DNA from: Candidatus Woesearchaeota archaeon
GTDB taxonomy: Archaea; Nanobdellota; Nanobdellia; Pacearchaeales; GW2011-AR1
Reading direction: 5' to 3'
Assembly (NCBI GenBank): GCA_964391715.1
Contig: CAYMMZ010000001.1
Location: 1-45,398, forward strand
DNA: 45,398 bases
A model generated the notes under the pieces. It searched no databases and was not told the origin of the DNA. It saw only the letters and a list, made by a program, of their open reading frames with translations. Shown here one piece after another: positions 17,092 through 26,598 of the stretch. How positions within the stretch are numbered: position 1 is the first letter of the stretch; the number at the start of each line of letters is the position of its first letter. A program made the translations under genes and the position numbers.

Positions 17092-17799
17092 CTAAACATC
17101 TTTTAAATCAGATCTTCTATGATAATCTTGACTCTCAATAACTCCCAGGGCTAAACTTCTTCCACTCCCTTGAAGTTCTTCAGATCTACTCTCCTGAAAC
17201 TCCAAGAATGAATCATAAATCTCCGTCCCCACCAACATTCTTTCAATATCTTTACTAAAATTAAAATTTGGTTTAATTGGTGGGATAAACATTTTCCTAA
17301 CAACCGTAGGAGATCTATTTTCAGCTTTAGGCAAAACTAATTCTCCCCTACAAGAAGAATGAACACCTACCGCTAATTTTTCCAAAACTCCATTAATTCC
17401 CTCAAAGGTTTCTCTTTCTTCAAAGTCCCGAGGATTAACATAGGGCAAAACATTAAACATTGTTAAAGAAAAATCTCCTTCCTGATAAAGCCTCGGGGAA
17501 ACAACAAACACATCGTATTTGGGTCCCTCAGCTCCTGAAGTCATATGAGCTAAAGAACCAAAAGTATTAATCCCATACACATTCAATCTTTTCAATTCAT
17601 CTGTAACAGGACCTCCAGAATAAAAGCCCCTATCTAAAGTAATCTCCTCAGGCTTTAACCTTTGCACAAGCCCCTTAAATAACTGCCCCAAGCCCCGAAT
17701 ATCCTTATTTGCAAATTCCTCTCCCAGGGATTCAAGCATATCTCCCCTCAATCCATCCACTGAAACAGTCTTAGATTCCTCTAGTAACATGTGTAACAT
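17092..17799 (-). CDS. hypothetical protein (ORFan) between rps7 and fusA
   Basis: 235-aa ORF with a TTTTTATATA box about 30 nt upstream on the minus strand. No motif recognised. Confidence 0.45.
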   Translation of the reverse strand: MLHMLLEESKTVSVDGLRGDMLESLGEEFANKDIRGLGQLFKGLVQRLKPEEITLDRGFYSGGPVTDELKRLNVYGINTFGSLAHMTSGAEGPKYDVFVVSPRLYQEGDFSLTMFNVLPYVNPRDFEERETFEGINGVLEKLAVGVHSSCRGELVLPKAENRSPTVVRKMFIPPIKPNFNFSKDIERMLVGTEIYDSFLEFQESRSEELQGSGRSLALGVIESQDYHRRSDLKDV

Positions 17800-17860
17800 G
17801 GCAAATTAACAATCCCTCCATATATAAAAACTATTGTGATAGAATCCACATTTCACTAAG

Positions 17861-17970
17861 AAACTAATTTTACATTTTTGGTAGGACAGTTCGCAGAGAA
17901 TAAATTTCTGTAGCGTACTAGTGTACGTAAAGAAATTTTTACCAAGAAATTGCTATTAAAAACTAATTTT
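17861..17970. repeat. stop-codon-abutting nested-hairpin repeat, copy B (after rps7)
   Basis: Core GTTCGCAGAG-AATAAATTTCT-gtaGCGTACtagtGTACGTaa-AGAAATTTTTAC-CAAGAAATTGC. Arms TTTTTGGTAG (17875-17884) / CTATTAAAAA (17953-17962), with G-T pairs on the plus strand. Bracketed by an 11-nt direct repeat AAACTAATTTT (17861-17871 and 17960-17970). Confidence 0.65.
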
Positions 17971-18566
17971 TATCGAGCGGAGTCGGCTTGTTTCTCTGCA
18001 TCATTCTTCTTAGAAATTGCATGACTCTCACTTGACCCCTCACTTGCCGCCATTATTTCCTTAGCCAAAGATTCAACAATCGTCGCCTTTTTATTGAAAG
18101 CCTTATCATAAGCCCCATTAATAATATACCTAAGAACCAAATTCAATCTCCGCCTAGGGCTAACATCTACTGCTTGTGGATATTTCGCACCACCATATTC
18201 AATAGAAGTCACTTCATCTCGTGGAGCACCATTCTCAATTGCCTTAGCAAAAACCTTCAGAGGATTCTCTCCTGTCTTCTCTTCAATAATCTTAAACACA
18301 TCAATTACAATTTTAGTACATCGAGCCTGCTTCCCTGTAATCCATCCGGTAATAATCCTATGCTTCTTCCCACGACTTCCAGGAACCTGCAATAAATTAA
18401 TCAATCTCTCAACAACATTAACTTTTGACCTAGTAGGGTCCCACTTAATCCGACCATGACTCTTCAGCATCAACTTAGGATTCAAATTCACAACCTTCTT
18501 CAATCCAGGGTCTTCAATCCGAACCTCTGAAGCATCAAACATACCGAATACTTTCATCTGAACCAT
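17970..18566 (-). CDS. rps7: 30S ribosomal protein S7 (uS7)
   Basis: 198 aa in the expected position after S12. The terminal part EIMAASEGSSESHAISKKNDAEKQADSAR is typical of the archaeal uS7 C-terminus. Confidence 0.93.
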   Translation of the reverse strand: MVQMKVFGMFDASEVRIEDPGLKKVVNLNPKLMLKSHGRIKWDPTRSKVNVVERLINLLQVPGSRGKKHRIITGWITGKQARCTKIVIDVFKIIEEKTGENPLKVFAKAIENGAPRDEVTSIEYGGAKYPQAVDVSPRRRLNLVLRYIINGAYDKAFNKKATIVESLAKEIMAASEGSSESHAISKKNDAEKQADSAR

Positions 18567-18988
18567 TATCTACGTCCCTTCTCAATCTTTCCTTTCCATA
18601 AAGGCTCAAGAGGCTGGTCATTTACTTTAATAACTTGAAACCGAACACCTGATAAATCCCCTTTCGTTCTTCCTTGCTTCCCACCAATTCTTTCAATCAT
18701 AACCTCATCGTGCTCATCCACAAACTTCTGTGCCAAATTTCCTGGAATGAACGCAGTCACTTCTTTTCCATTTTTAATCAATTGAACTCTGCAACATTTC
18801 CTCATGGCAGAATTTGGCTGCTTCGCTTCCTTTTGAATTTTTTTTGTAACAATTCCTTTAGCCTGAGCAGCTCGTCCAATCGGGTCAAACTTCAAACTAA
18901 TACCAAGCCTTTTCTTCTTATCTGGAAGACGGTTATCTCTAAACTTCTTCCTTGCTTTCTTCAATTTTCGTCCACTCATTAATCCCAT
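18566..18988 (-). CDS. rps12: 30S ribosomal protein S12 (uS12)
   Basis: KQPNSAMRKCCRVQLIKNGKEVTAFIPG is the uS12 signature region. Its stop overlaps the rps7 start by 1 nt. Confidence 0.95.
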   Translation of the reverse strand: MGLMSGRKLKKARKKFRDNRLPDKKKRLGISLKFDPIGRAAQAKGIVTKKIQKEAKQPNSAMRKCCRVQLIKNGKEVTAFIPGNLAQKFVDEHDEVMIERIGGKQGRTKGDLSGVRFQVIKVNDQPLEPLWKGKIEKGRR

Positions 18989-19100
18989 GTTTCAGTATAA
19001 ATTATGTGAAGTTTTGATTTATAAAGTTATTGTACCTTTAATCTCTTACCTCCCTCAAAGAACTAAATCTTTTCAAAAGCCTCTACCATGCTTCACAAGT

Positions 19101-19200
19101 AATTAATTTTTAGTAAGTAAGTTCGCAGTGTAAAAATTTTCGTCGCGTATTTAAGTACGCAAGAAAATTTTTACCAAGAAATTGCTACTAAAAATTAATT
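19101..19200. repeat. stop-codon-abutting nested-hairpin repeat, copy C (after nusA)
   Basis: Perfect 15-bp outer arms AATTAATTTTTAGTA (19101-19115) / TACTAAAAATTAATT (19186-19200). Middle stem GTAAAAATTTTC/GAAAATTTTTAC. Apical stem GCGTA-tttaag-TACGC. The right end overlaps the nusA stop (19199-19201) by 2 nt. Confidence 0.7.
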
Positions 19201-19624
19201 ACGCAATCCTAAACTTCGCAATCCTAAAGTAATTCTTCAAAACATCTGAGAGTTCTTTCTCTCGAATACGGTTTCTACCTATCAAAGCCGCCTTATTTTG
19301 ACGACCAGCAGTAAGAGTCATAGAATTCCCATTCAATTCAACCTTAGTAAACTCAACAGGGTCAACAACATCTGCAACAAACTTTGAAATCCCTTCATTA
19401 CTATCTATGGAAGGCATCGCGATAACCTTAATATTCTTTCGAAGAATCTCTCTTAATTTTTTAACATTAATAGCTCCTTTCCCAATCGCCTTAGAAACTT
19501 TCACTTTTGGAACCGCAAAAATAATTTGATTATTATAAACAAAACAATTCTTAGTTGGAACGCCAGAAACTCGAGAGAATAAATTAATATACCTCATCAA
19601 CTGCATGTCAATAGTTCCGGCCAT
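19199..19624 (-). CDS. nusA: archaeal NusA-like KH-domain transcription factor
   Basis: MAGTIDMQLMRYINLFSRVSGVPTKNC...AIGKGAINVKKLREIL shows two KH-like modules. Start placed at the ATG directly after the rpl30e stop; the ORF track extends it to 19651. Confidence 0.85.
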   Translation of the reverse strand: MAGTIDMQLMRYINLFSRVSGVPTKNCFVYNNQIIFAVPKVKVSKAIGKGAINVKKLREILRKNIKVIAMPSIDSNEGISKFVADVVDPVEFTKVELNGNSMTLTAGRQNKAALIGRNRIREKELSDVLKNYFRIAKFRIA

Positions 19625-19625
19625 A

Positions 19626-19904
19626 TTATTTTGCCCTCTTTGTGGGTACACCTTGGTGCGTCAAAGAAAAAACTTCGCTCTCAAAATCAAGATTTAATTC
19701 CTTAGAAAGTTCTGCCTTAGGTTTCAAAACAACAAACTCAATATTTGCAGACTCAAGCCTTTCAACGGTTTCATCTCGTGCATCTTTAGCAATAAAAACT
19801 CCTGATAATTTTTTAGCATTCTTTATAGACTGGCGAATTCCAAATAAAACGCTTCCTTTCTCCATAGCATCCCTAATTTCTTTTAAACTCATGTTATTAA
19901 TCAA
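19626..19904 (-). CDS. rpl30e: 50S ribosomal protein L30e (L7Ae/L30e family)
   Basis: GSVLFGIRQSIKNAKKLSGVFIAKDARDETVERLE fits the L30e pattern, and the position between rpoA and nusA is conserved. Confidence 0.8.
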   Translation of the reverse strand: MINNMSLKEIRDAMEKGSVLFGIRQSIKNAKKLSGVFIAKDARDETVERLESANIEFVVLKPKAELSKELNLDFESEVFSLTHQGVPTKRAK

Positions 19905-19922
19905 AAAAATCTTTATTTAAAT

Positions 19923-22900
19923 TTAACCTTTCTTTTTTTCCTTTGGTTTTTCGGCCAATGAACCGGTAACTCTAACCAAAAGCCCTGGAAGTCCAGTTCC
20001 AACAGGCACAGGTTGATTTAAGATTATATTCTCAATTACAGAAGCTAACTTATCTTTCTTCCCAGTCTTAGTAGCTTGAACAAAGTGTTTATCAGGAGTC
20101 TCAAAACTTGCCCTCGCTAAAATAGAACTTTTGTCAGAGATAATACCCATTCTCGTAATTCCCTTAACTGCACCAGAGCTAGTCATAGTGTCTGCAATAA
20201 GCATTGAGTGCTTAATATCTACATTAAGACCTTGAGAAACAATAACTTTCTGAATTTCATTAATAATAACTCGTCTTGCAACTTCTATTCCCAAAACATT
20301 TGAAACTTCATGAATATCATTGGTAACAGTTTTGTCTGCATCAACTCCTTTAAATGCTAATAGATCTTTCAAGTTAGACCCAGCAGTCAAAATTACATAA
20401 TCTTTACCCCTCTTAACAATCAAAACTTGTGAAATCTTTTTAATTCCTGTCAATATAACTTCTTTTAATTTTTCTTTAGTCTTATAAATCTCTTTAAAAT
20501 CTTCATTAGCCATATCTAAAATCATTCCATCACTTAACTTCTTAACTGCAAATCCTTTATCTTTCAAAACTTCCACTACTTTTTCAAGGGTGATATGTGC
20601 ACTACGAAGAGCTTTTGAATCAATACCAACCTTAATTTTCTTTGAACCAAAATCAATAGCAATCTCCGTTACAATTTCCTTTAACTTAACTTCCTTTATC
20701 TTCTCCGCAATTAACTTTGCTTTTGATTCATTATTGTGATTCTTATCTAAATAAATCTCCATAGCTGGAGTTTTTGGAAGTTTTCTAGCATCCAAAATTT
20801 CTATAATTCTCGGAAGTCCTTGGGTAACTTGCACTTCTGCAACACCTGCAGCGTGGAAAACATTCAAGACCATCTGTGTAGAAGATTCTCCAAAAGATTG
20901 AGCAGTAACAACTCCTATAGCTTCTCCAGGAGAAACTAATTGATTTTTATGAGCTTCTGAAATATCAATTCCATCAAGACCATATTTAAACTGAATAATA
21001 TTATTAGAAGCATCTCTTACAGTCTTATCATAAGCCATAACTAAATCTTGTAGAGCATTAGCCAATCTTCTATACAAATAACCAGATTTTGGAGTCCTAA
21101 GGGCTGTATCCATCAGTCCATCCCTACCAGTCATAGAACCAAAGAAAAATTCATCTGGTCTAAGCCCCTCAATAAAAGAACTATAGATAAATCCTCCAGC
21201 TCGAGGACCCAAATCTCCTTTCTTGAAAGAAGATAAAGTTCTTCCAGTGTATCCAAAATCAATTCTCCGACCATTCAATGCCTGTTGACCAACAGAACAA
21301 GCAATCTGGGTAATATTCAATAAACTCCCTCCAGCCCCACTACTAATCATTTTATTCGCCAAATTCTCCTTAGGAAACCCTTTCTTAACAACATCTCCAA
21401 TTTCTGTTCGAGTCTCATTCAAAACTTGCAACACCTTAATCTCTCGAGTCTCTTCAGCAGTCTTACCCGGTAAAAGTTCCATATTCTTATTATAATAACT
21501 CTCAATTACTTCCTGAGTTTTAATCTCTGCAGAATCAATAATCTTTTTGGTCTTTTCTTTAACTTCTACGGGAACATCTAAATCTCCAATAGACAATGTA
21601 AATCCAGTTCTTGATAAAAATGTAGTTCCCAAAGAAAATACTCGTCCAAGCAAATTCATAGTCTCACCTCTCCCAATCTCTTTATCTGCAATTCTCAAAA
21701 CTTCTCCCTTCTCACTCTTAAAACCTTTATAATCAATATTCTTATCTGAAATTTTCTTAGGAACAATCTTTGAAAAAACGTCCCCTCCAGAATTTGTCTT
21801 ATTAAACCCTGAAAAATCCACTCCAGATTCGTGCAATAATTGTGCAGAATCTTCTTTTGTAAGTTCTCCTTCATTCAACATAAAGTTTCCGCTAACTGCA
21901 TCCTTAACACAACCCATTAGATTCATATTATTCTTTGGGGAAAATAAATTTGAATTAACATCTAAAAGTACCTCTGCCTCAGCCCTCGCCTCTTCAGTCT
22001 GTGGTGCATGAATATTCATCTCATCTCCATCAAAATCTGCATTGTAAGGGTTACAAACAGCGGGGTGAACCCTAAAGGTTTTTCCAGGAAGAACTTTCAC
22101 AAAATGTGCCATTAAAGAGGCTCTATGTAATGAAGGGTGTCGATTGAAAAGCACAACATCTCCATCAACTAAATGTCTCTCAACAATATACCCTGGTTCA
22201 ATTTCTTCTACTAAATCCTCTCTCAGTTCTTCAGTAATCCTCTTCCTCTTCCCGTCAGGTCTCAAAATATAATTTGCTGCAGGATATTCTTCAGATTTAA
22301 TTAATTCCTTCATCCGATTCATATTAGTACTCGTAACCCTCTCCGCAACAGTAAGAATTTTTGCAACTCTTGAAGGAATTCCAACTTCATTCAATTTCAA
22401 ATTTGGATCTGGAGAAATAACTGTTCGAGCCGAGAAATTAACCCTCTTACCAGCCAAGTTCTTTCTAATCCTTCCCTCTTTTCCTTTAATTCTTTCAGTA
22501 ATTGTTTTTAATGGCTGACCACTCCTATGTCTCGCTGGAGGAATTTTTGCAATAGAGTTATCAAAAAATGTAGTAATATGGTATTGCAATAAATCCCATA
22601 AATCTTCAATAATCACTTCAGGTGCACCTGCATTCAAATTCTCCCAAAGTCTCTGATTAGATCGAATAATATCTGACAACTTATGTGTTAAATCATCTTC
22701 AGACCTCTCACCAGATTCTAAAGTAATTGAAGGTCTAACTGTAACTGAAGGGACTAACATAGAGGTCAAAATGCTCCACTCAGGTCTTAAAGTATTCGCA
22801 TTAATCCCAAGAATCTTCAAATCTTCATCAGTTATTTTCACAAGCCTCTCTCTAATCTCTGAAGGAAATAATCTTCTTCTACCACTTCTAAAGGTTGTTG

Positions 22901-23339
22901 GCTTCTCTAACTTAACTTTTTCCTGAATAATACTACAGTGAGGACATTTCTTTCCATCCTTAGCTTTCTTAATTCTATCAATCAAAGGTTTCTCTAAATC
23001 TTTATCTTCTTTAATCAAAACTTTTCCACAAGCCTCACAAGTAGACCTTAGAACTAAATCAATAATAGGGAGATACTTTATGTGAATCACAGGTCTTGCC
23101 AATTCAATCAATCCTGGATGGCCCAAACATTCCTTCAATCTCCCTCCACAAGTCCTACATCTAACACCTGGGTCAATTGCTCCAAGTCTCAAATCCATTA
23201 ACCCTCCATCAACAGGATACCCATCAACATCATAAAGCTCTGGAGTTACAATCTTAGCAACAGAAAGCTTCTTTATCTGCTCAGGACTAAGTAAATGAAA
23301 ACTCATTCCGCTGATTTGTTTCTTTACTGGTCTATTCAT
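19923..23339 (-). CDS. rpoA: DNA-directed RNA polymerase largest subunit, A' and A'' parts in one uninterrupted ORF
   Basis: N-terminal Zn motifs CRTCGG..C..H. Catalytic YNADFDGDEMN. Bridge-helix region GRDGLMDTALRTPKSGYLYRRL. This runs without a stop into the A''-type trigger-loop region SPGEAIGVVTAQSFGESSTQMVLNVFHAAG. 1138 aa. Confidence 0.95.
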   Translation of the reverse strand: MNRPVKKQISGMSFHLLSPEQIKKLSVAKIVTPELYDVDGYPVDGGLMDLRLGAIDPGVRCRTCGGRLKECLGHPGLIELARPVIHIKYLPIIDLVLRSTCEACGKVLIKEDKDLEKPLIDRIKKAKDGKKCPHCSIIQEKVKLEKPTTFRSGRRRLFPSEIRERLVKITDEDLKILGINANTLRPEWSILTSMLVPSVTVRPSITLESGERSEDDLTHKLSDIIRSNQRLWENLNAGAPEVIIEDLWDLLQYHITTFFDNSIAKIPPARHRSGQPLKTITERIKGKEGRIRKNLAGKRVNFSARTVISPDPNLKLNEVGIPSRVAKILTVAERVTSTNMNRMKELIKSEEYPAANYILRPDGKRKRITEELREDLVEEIEPGYIVERHLVDGDVVLFNRHPSLHRASLMAHFVKVLPGKTFRVHPAVCNPYNADFDGDEMNIHAPQTEEARAEAEVLLDVNSNLFSPKNNMNLMGCVKDAVSGNFMLNEGELTKEDSAQLLHESGVDFSGFNKTNSGGDVFSKIVPKKISDKNIDYKGFKSEKGEVLRIADKEIGRGETMNLLGRVFSLGTTFLSRTGFTLSIGDLDVPVEVKEKTKKIIDSAEIKTQEVIESYYNKNMELLPGKTAEETREIKVLQVLNETRTEIGDVVKKGFPKENLANKMISSGAGGSLLNITQIACSVGQQALNGRRIDFGYTGRTLSSFKKGDLGPRAGGFIYSSFIEGLRPDEFFFGSMTGRDGLMDTALRTPKSGYLYRRLANALQDLVMAYDKTVRDASNNIIQFKYGLDGIDISEAHKNQLVSPGEAIGVVTAQSFGESSTQMVLNVFHAAGVAEVQVTQGLPRIIEILDARKLPKTPAMEIYLDKNHNNESKAKLIAEKIKEVKLKEIVTEIAIDFGSKKIKVGIDSKALRSAHITLEKVVEVLKDKGFAVKKLSDGMILDMANEDFKEIYKTKEKLKEVILTGIKKISQVLIVKRGKDYVILTAGSNLKDLLAFKGVDADKTVTNDIHEVSNVLGIEVARRVIINEIQKVIVSQGLNVDIKHSMLIADTMTSSGAVKGITRMGIISDKSSILARASFETPDKHFVQATKTGKKDKLASVIENIILNQPVPVGTGLPGLLVRVTGSLAEKPKEKKKG

Positions 23340-23340
23340 T

Positions 23341-26300
23341 TTATTCGTATTTATTCTTCATCTCAAATTTAGTCATTAAATGTAATCCTTGTAATTCTTC
23401 AACCAATAATTTGAAGGCATACGAAACTTCAACAGGCTCTACTTGGTTTGAATGGCATAAGCTACAAACCTTCTTGTTATGGATTTGATCGTCAATCACA
23501 GTGCTTCCACATTTTGAACAAAGATGAATCACGACCTTATCAGAATCATATCTCTCTTTCAATAAAAGAGAAGCTCCATGACCAACAAGTGCTTCTTGTT
23601 CCATCTCTCCAAGTCGAAGAGCCCCACCACGAGCCCTACCTTCAATTGGTTGCCGTGTAAGAAGTGCAATCTTCCCAGAAGCTCTGGCATGAAGAGCATT
23701 TGCTACCATATATTTCAACTTCAAATAAAACATATTTCCAACAAAAATCTTCACAGGCATTCTCTTTCCAGTGATCCCATTATACATTACTTCCTTTCCG
23801 TCTTCTCTAAATCCAAGTTTCTTCAAACCACTCTCGAGGCTATCGATTGATTCTCCAGAAAATGGGGAGGCATCTACAATCTTCCCAGAAAGAGCCGCAA
23901 CTTTTCCAGCAAGAACGTCCATCAAATAACCAACAGTCATACGAGAAGGAATACCATGAGGGTTGAATAAGATATCTGGCCGAACACCCTTACTTGTAAA
24001 TGGAATATCATTTTCAGGTGCAATAAACCCTACAACACCTTTCTGACCATGAGGTACTGAAAACTTATCTCCGATTTCAGGAATTCTAAGTTCTCTCATT
24101 CTGATTTGAACTATCTTATTACCTTCTTTGTCTTGTGTAACAAAAACAGCATCAACAGTTCCTTTTTCTCCTTGCCTAATCGCAGAAGAATTTTCTTTCT
24201 TTGTCTGAATAGAAATCTCTCTTGCTTCACTCAAGAATTTTGGAGGACTTGTCTTTCCGATAACTACTTCTCCTTCATTCATCTCAGCCTCAGGATAAAC
24301 AACTCCATCATCCTCTAAATATCTATAACTCTCCTCAGTCCTATACCCTGAAACATCTTTATCTGGAACGATAATCTCATCCCTAAGACCTCCAGAGTAG
24401 TTCAATTCTATCGAAGTGTATGGCCTAAATCTAGAGCTTCTTCCAAGACCCCTATCAATAGAACCACCATTTAGAACCGTAGCATCTTCCATATTATATC
24501 CTTCATAAGGCATAACTGCCAAAACAACATTTTGTCCAACAGGGTGAACATCTAGAGTATCATAAATAAAACTTCGAACCAAAGGTTTTTGAGGATAATG
24601 CAATAGGGAAACATCAGTATCGATTCTAACTGGAAAGTTCCCTGCATAAATTCCAAGTCCTTGCTTGTACGCCTTAGAACCACCTTTAACAAGACGTGCA
24701 GGAGGTCCATGGTTTCCAAAAGGCGTCAAGGAAACACTAACTCCAAGACAATCAATCTTGTCTACTTCCAGGTGAGTATGTTCTTCCGTCAATTCCTTTT
24801 CATCTAAACAAATATAACAATCATCTTCTTCCGCAGCATCAAGATACTCAAGAATTCCTTCCTTCACAAGGTCGTCCCAAGAAAGTTTTCCTTCACTAAC
24901 ATTCTTTAGATGCTCTTCATTCAAAAGAGGTTTCCCTCCAGAAACAACAATCAAAGGCCTAATTACTCTACCTATCTCTGAACTCAAAAAAATCGTATCC
25001 AAAAATTTATCGAATCTCACAGACATCTCATAAGGCAATCTCCCTCCCCTTCTAGCACCCTTAACACTTTTTACAAATTCTTCTGCCTCCTTAACAACTC
25101 CAATAAATCTGCCATTATAGAAAATATCAAATTCGCCTTCTTTATCCCCCATTCCAGCTTCTTCTAAAACAGATAAGACACTCTTATGTTCAATTGAAGC
25201 CCTTGTAGAAATTTTTGCAAGAAGGGCCAAGTTCTTTCTAAGACCAATTTCAGTTCCTTCCGGAGTCTCGATTGGACAAAATCTTCCATAATGTGTTGGG
25301 TGAACTGTCCTCGCCGCAAAATTCTCTTGCTCTCCAGGAAGAGTAGATGTAACTCTTTGTAACTGAGACATTATAGAAAAAGAATTATTCTTATCCATAT
25401 TTTGAGTAACTCCTTTTCGCTCACCTATCCAAGAACCTGTAGCAATTGCACTCTCCATTCGGTGAGTAAACAAAGTAGATTTCGCAAGAGTCTTTATAGA
25501 ATAAAATTTCCTTCTCTTAACAGTTTTCTGTAAAGAATGTTGGACCTCTCGAAGAAGAATATTCATATTTACCCTAAATAAATCCGATAGCAAATCTCCA
25601 GAAAGTCTAACTCTTTTATTAGCATAATGATCTTTATCTGTCATAGAAGTTTTAGGATTTTCTCTGGCAACATAATATTGCTTAATAAACTTACAAAGTG
25701 TTCTCGCCTTCTCCAATCGAGAGGCTTTATCAAGACCGATATGTGGAAGAAAATATGAATCAATTCTTTGTTTAACTCTATCAAGCATTTCTTTATTTGT
25801 TCCTTGCAAGGCACTTTTCTCAGCGATCCACATTAAAGCATCATTAGTATTTGCGATATCCGCGAACTCATAAAAATTAACAATTAGACTATCTGTTTGT
25901 TTTTCAATTAATTGAGAAATTTCTGCGTCACTCGTAAGTCCAAGGGCTTTCAAAAGAACAATCGCAGGAATATCTCTAAATCTTGAAAAAGAAATTTCTA
26001 AAATTCCTTGAGGATTCTCTACGACAGAAACAGGAATTTTATAAGCACCCCTCTGAGAAAATAATCTAAGCATAAGTCTCGCCTTAGTCTTTTGAAATTC
26101 TATAAATGTCTGATTAGAAGCTAAGTCTTCAGCCATCACCATAACCCTCTCATTACCGTTAATCAAAAAATATCCTCCTTGATCTTTTGGGTCAATATAA
26201 TTTTTAACCAGCTCTTCTTCATCCATTCCATAAATATTACAAAACTTACTCTTCACCATAACAGGAATTCTTCCTAATTGAACTTTTTCAGTCTCTACTT

Positions 26301-26598
26301 GTCCAGCATAATTAATAGTCATCTCCATCCAAATAGGGGCAGAATAGGTCAGATTCCTAAGTCTAGCTTCTGCAGGAGTAATAGGTCTTGAGGAACCATC
26401 AGACTCTACAATATTTGGTTTTCCAACAACCACATTCCCTAGATTAATTTCAAAGTCTTCATCAGGAATATTCTCAGAAAGCTCTGTTACAATTTCTTGC
26501 ATCCGCTCCTCAATAAAATTATTAAATGAAATGATATTAGACTCAACAAGGGAATGATTTTTCAAAAACTCTTTTACCAATATATGCTCTTCCATCAA
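23341..26598 (-). CDS. rpoB: DNA-directed RNA polymerase subunit B (unsplit)
   Basis: 1085 aa with GEMEQEALVGHGAS, GQKGVVG and the C-terminal Zn ribbon CSKCGS...CSLC. Confidence 0.97.
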   Translation of the reverse strand: MMEEHILVKEFLKNHSLVESNIISFNNFIEERMQEIVTELSENIPDEDFEINLGNVVVGKPNIVESDGSSRPITPAEARLRNLTYSAPIWMEMTINYAGQVETEKVQLGRIPVMVKSKFCNIYGMDEEELVKNYIDPKDQGGYFLINGNERVMVMAEDLASNQTFIEFQKTKARLMLRLFSQRGAYKIPVSVVENPQGILEISFSRFRDIPAIVLLKALGLTSDAEISQLIEKQTDSLIVNFYEFADIANTNDALMWIAEKSALQGTNKEMLDRVKQRIDSYFLPHIGLDKASRLEKARTLCKFIKQYYVARENPKTSMTDKDHYANKRVRLSGDLLSDLFRVNMNILLREVQHSLQKTVKRRKFYSIKTLAKSTLFTHRMESAIATGSWIGERKGVTQNMDKNNSFSIMSQLQRVTSTLPGEQENFAARTVHPTHYGRFCPIETPEGTEIGLRKNLALLAKISTRASIEHKSVLSVLEEAGMGDKEGEFDIFYNGRFIGVVKEAEEFVKSVKGARRGGRLPYEMSVRFDKFLDTIFLSSEIGRVIRPLIVVSGGKPLLNEEHLKNVSEGKLSWDDLVKEGILEYLDAAEEDDCYICLDEKELTEEHTHLEVDKIDCLGVSVSLTPFGNHGPPARLVKGGSKAYKQGLGIYAGNFPVRIDTDVSLLHYPQKPLVRSFIYDTLDVHPVGQNVVLAVMPYEGYNMEDATVLNGGSIDRGLGRSSRFRPYTSIELNYSGGLRDEIIVPDKDVSGYRTEESYRYLEDDGVVYPEAEMNEGEVVIGKTSPPKFLSEAREISIQTKKENSSAIRQGEKGTVDAVFVTQDKEGNKIVQIRMRELRIPEIGDKFSVPHGQKGVVGFIAPENDIPFTSKGVRPDILFNPHGIPSRMTVGYLMDVLAGKVAALSGKIVDASPFSGESIDSLESGLKKLGFREDGKEVMYNGITGKRMPVKIFVGNMFYLKLKYMVANALHARASGKIALLTRQPIEGRARGGALRLGEMEQEALVGHGASLLLKERYDSDKVVIHLCSKCGSTVIDDQIHNKKVCSLCHSNQVEPVEVSYAFKLLVEELQGLHLMTKFEMKNKYE

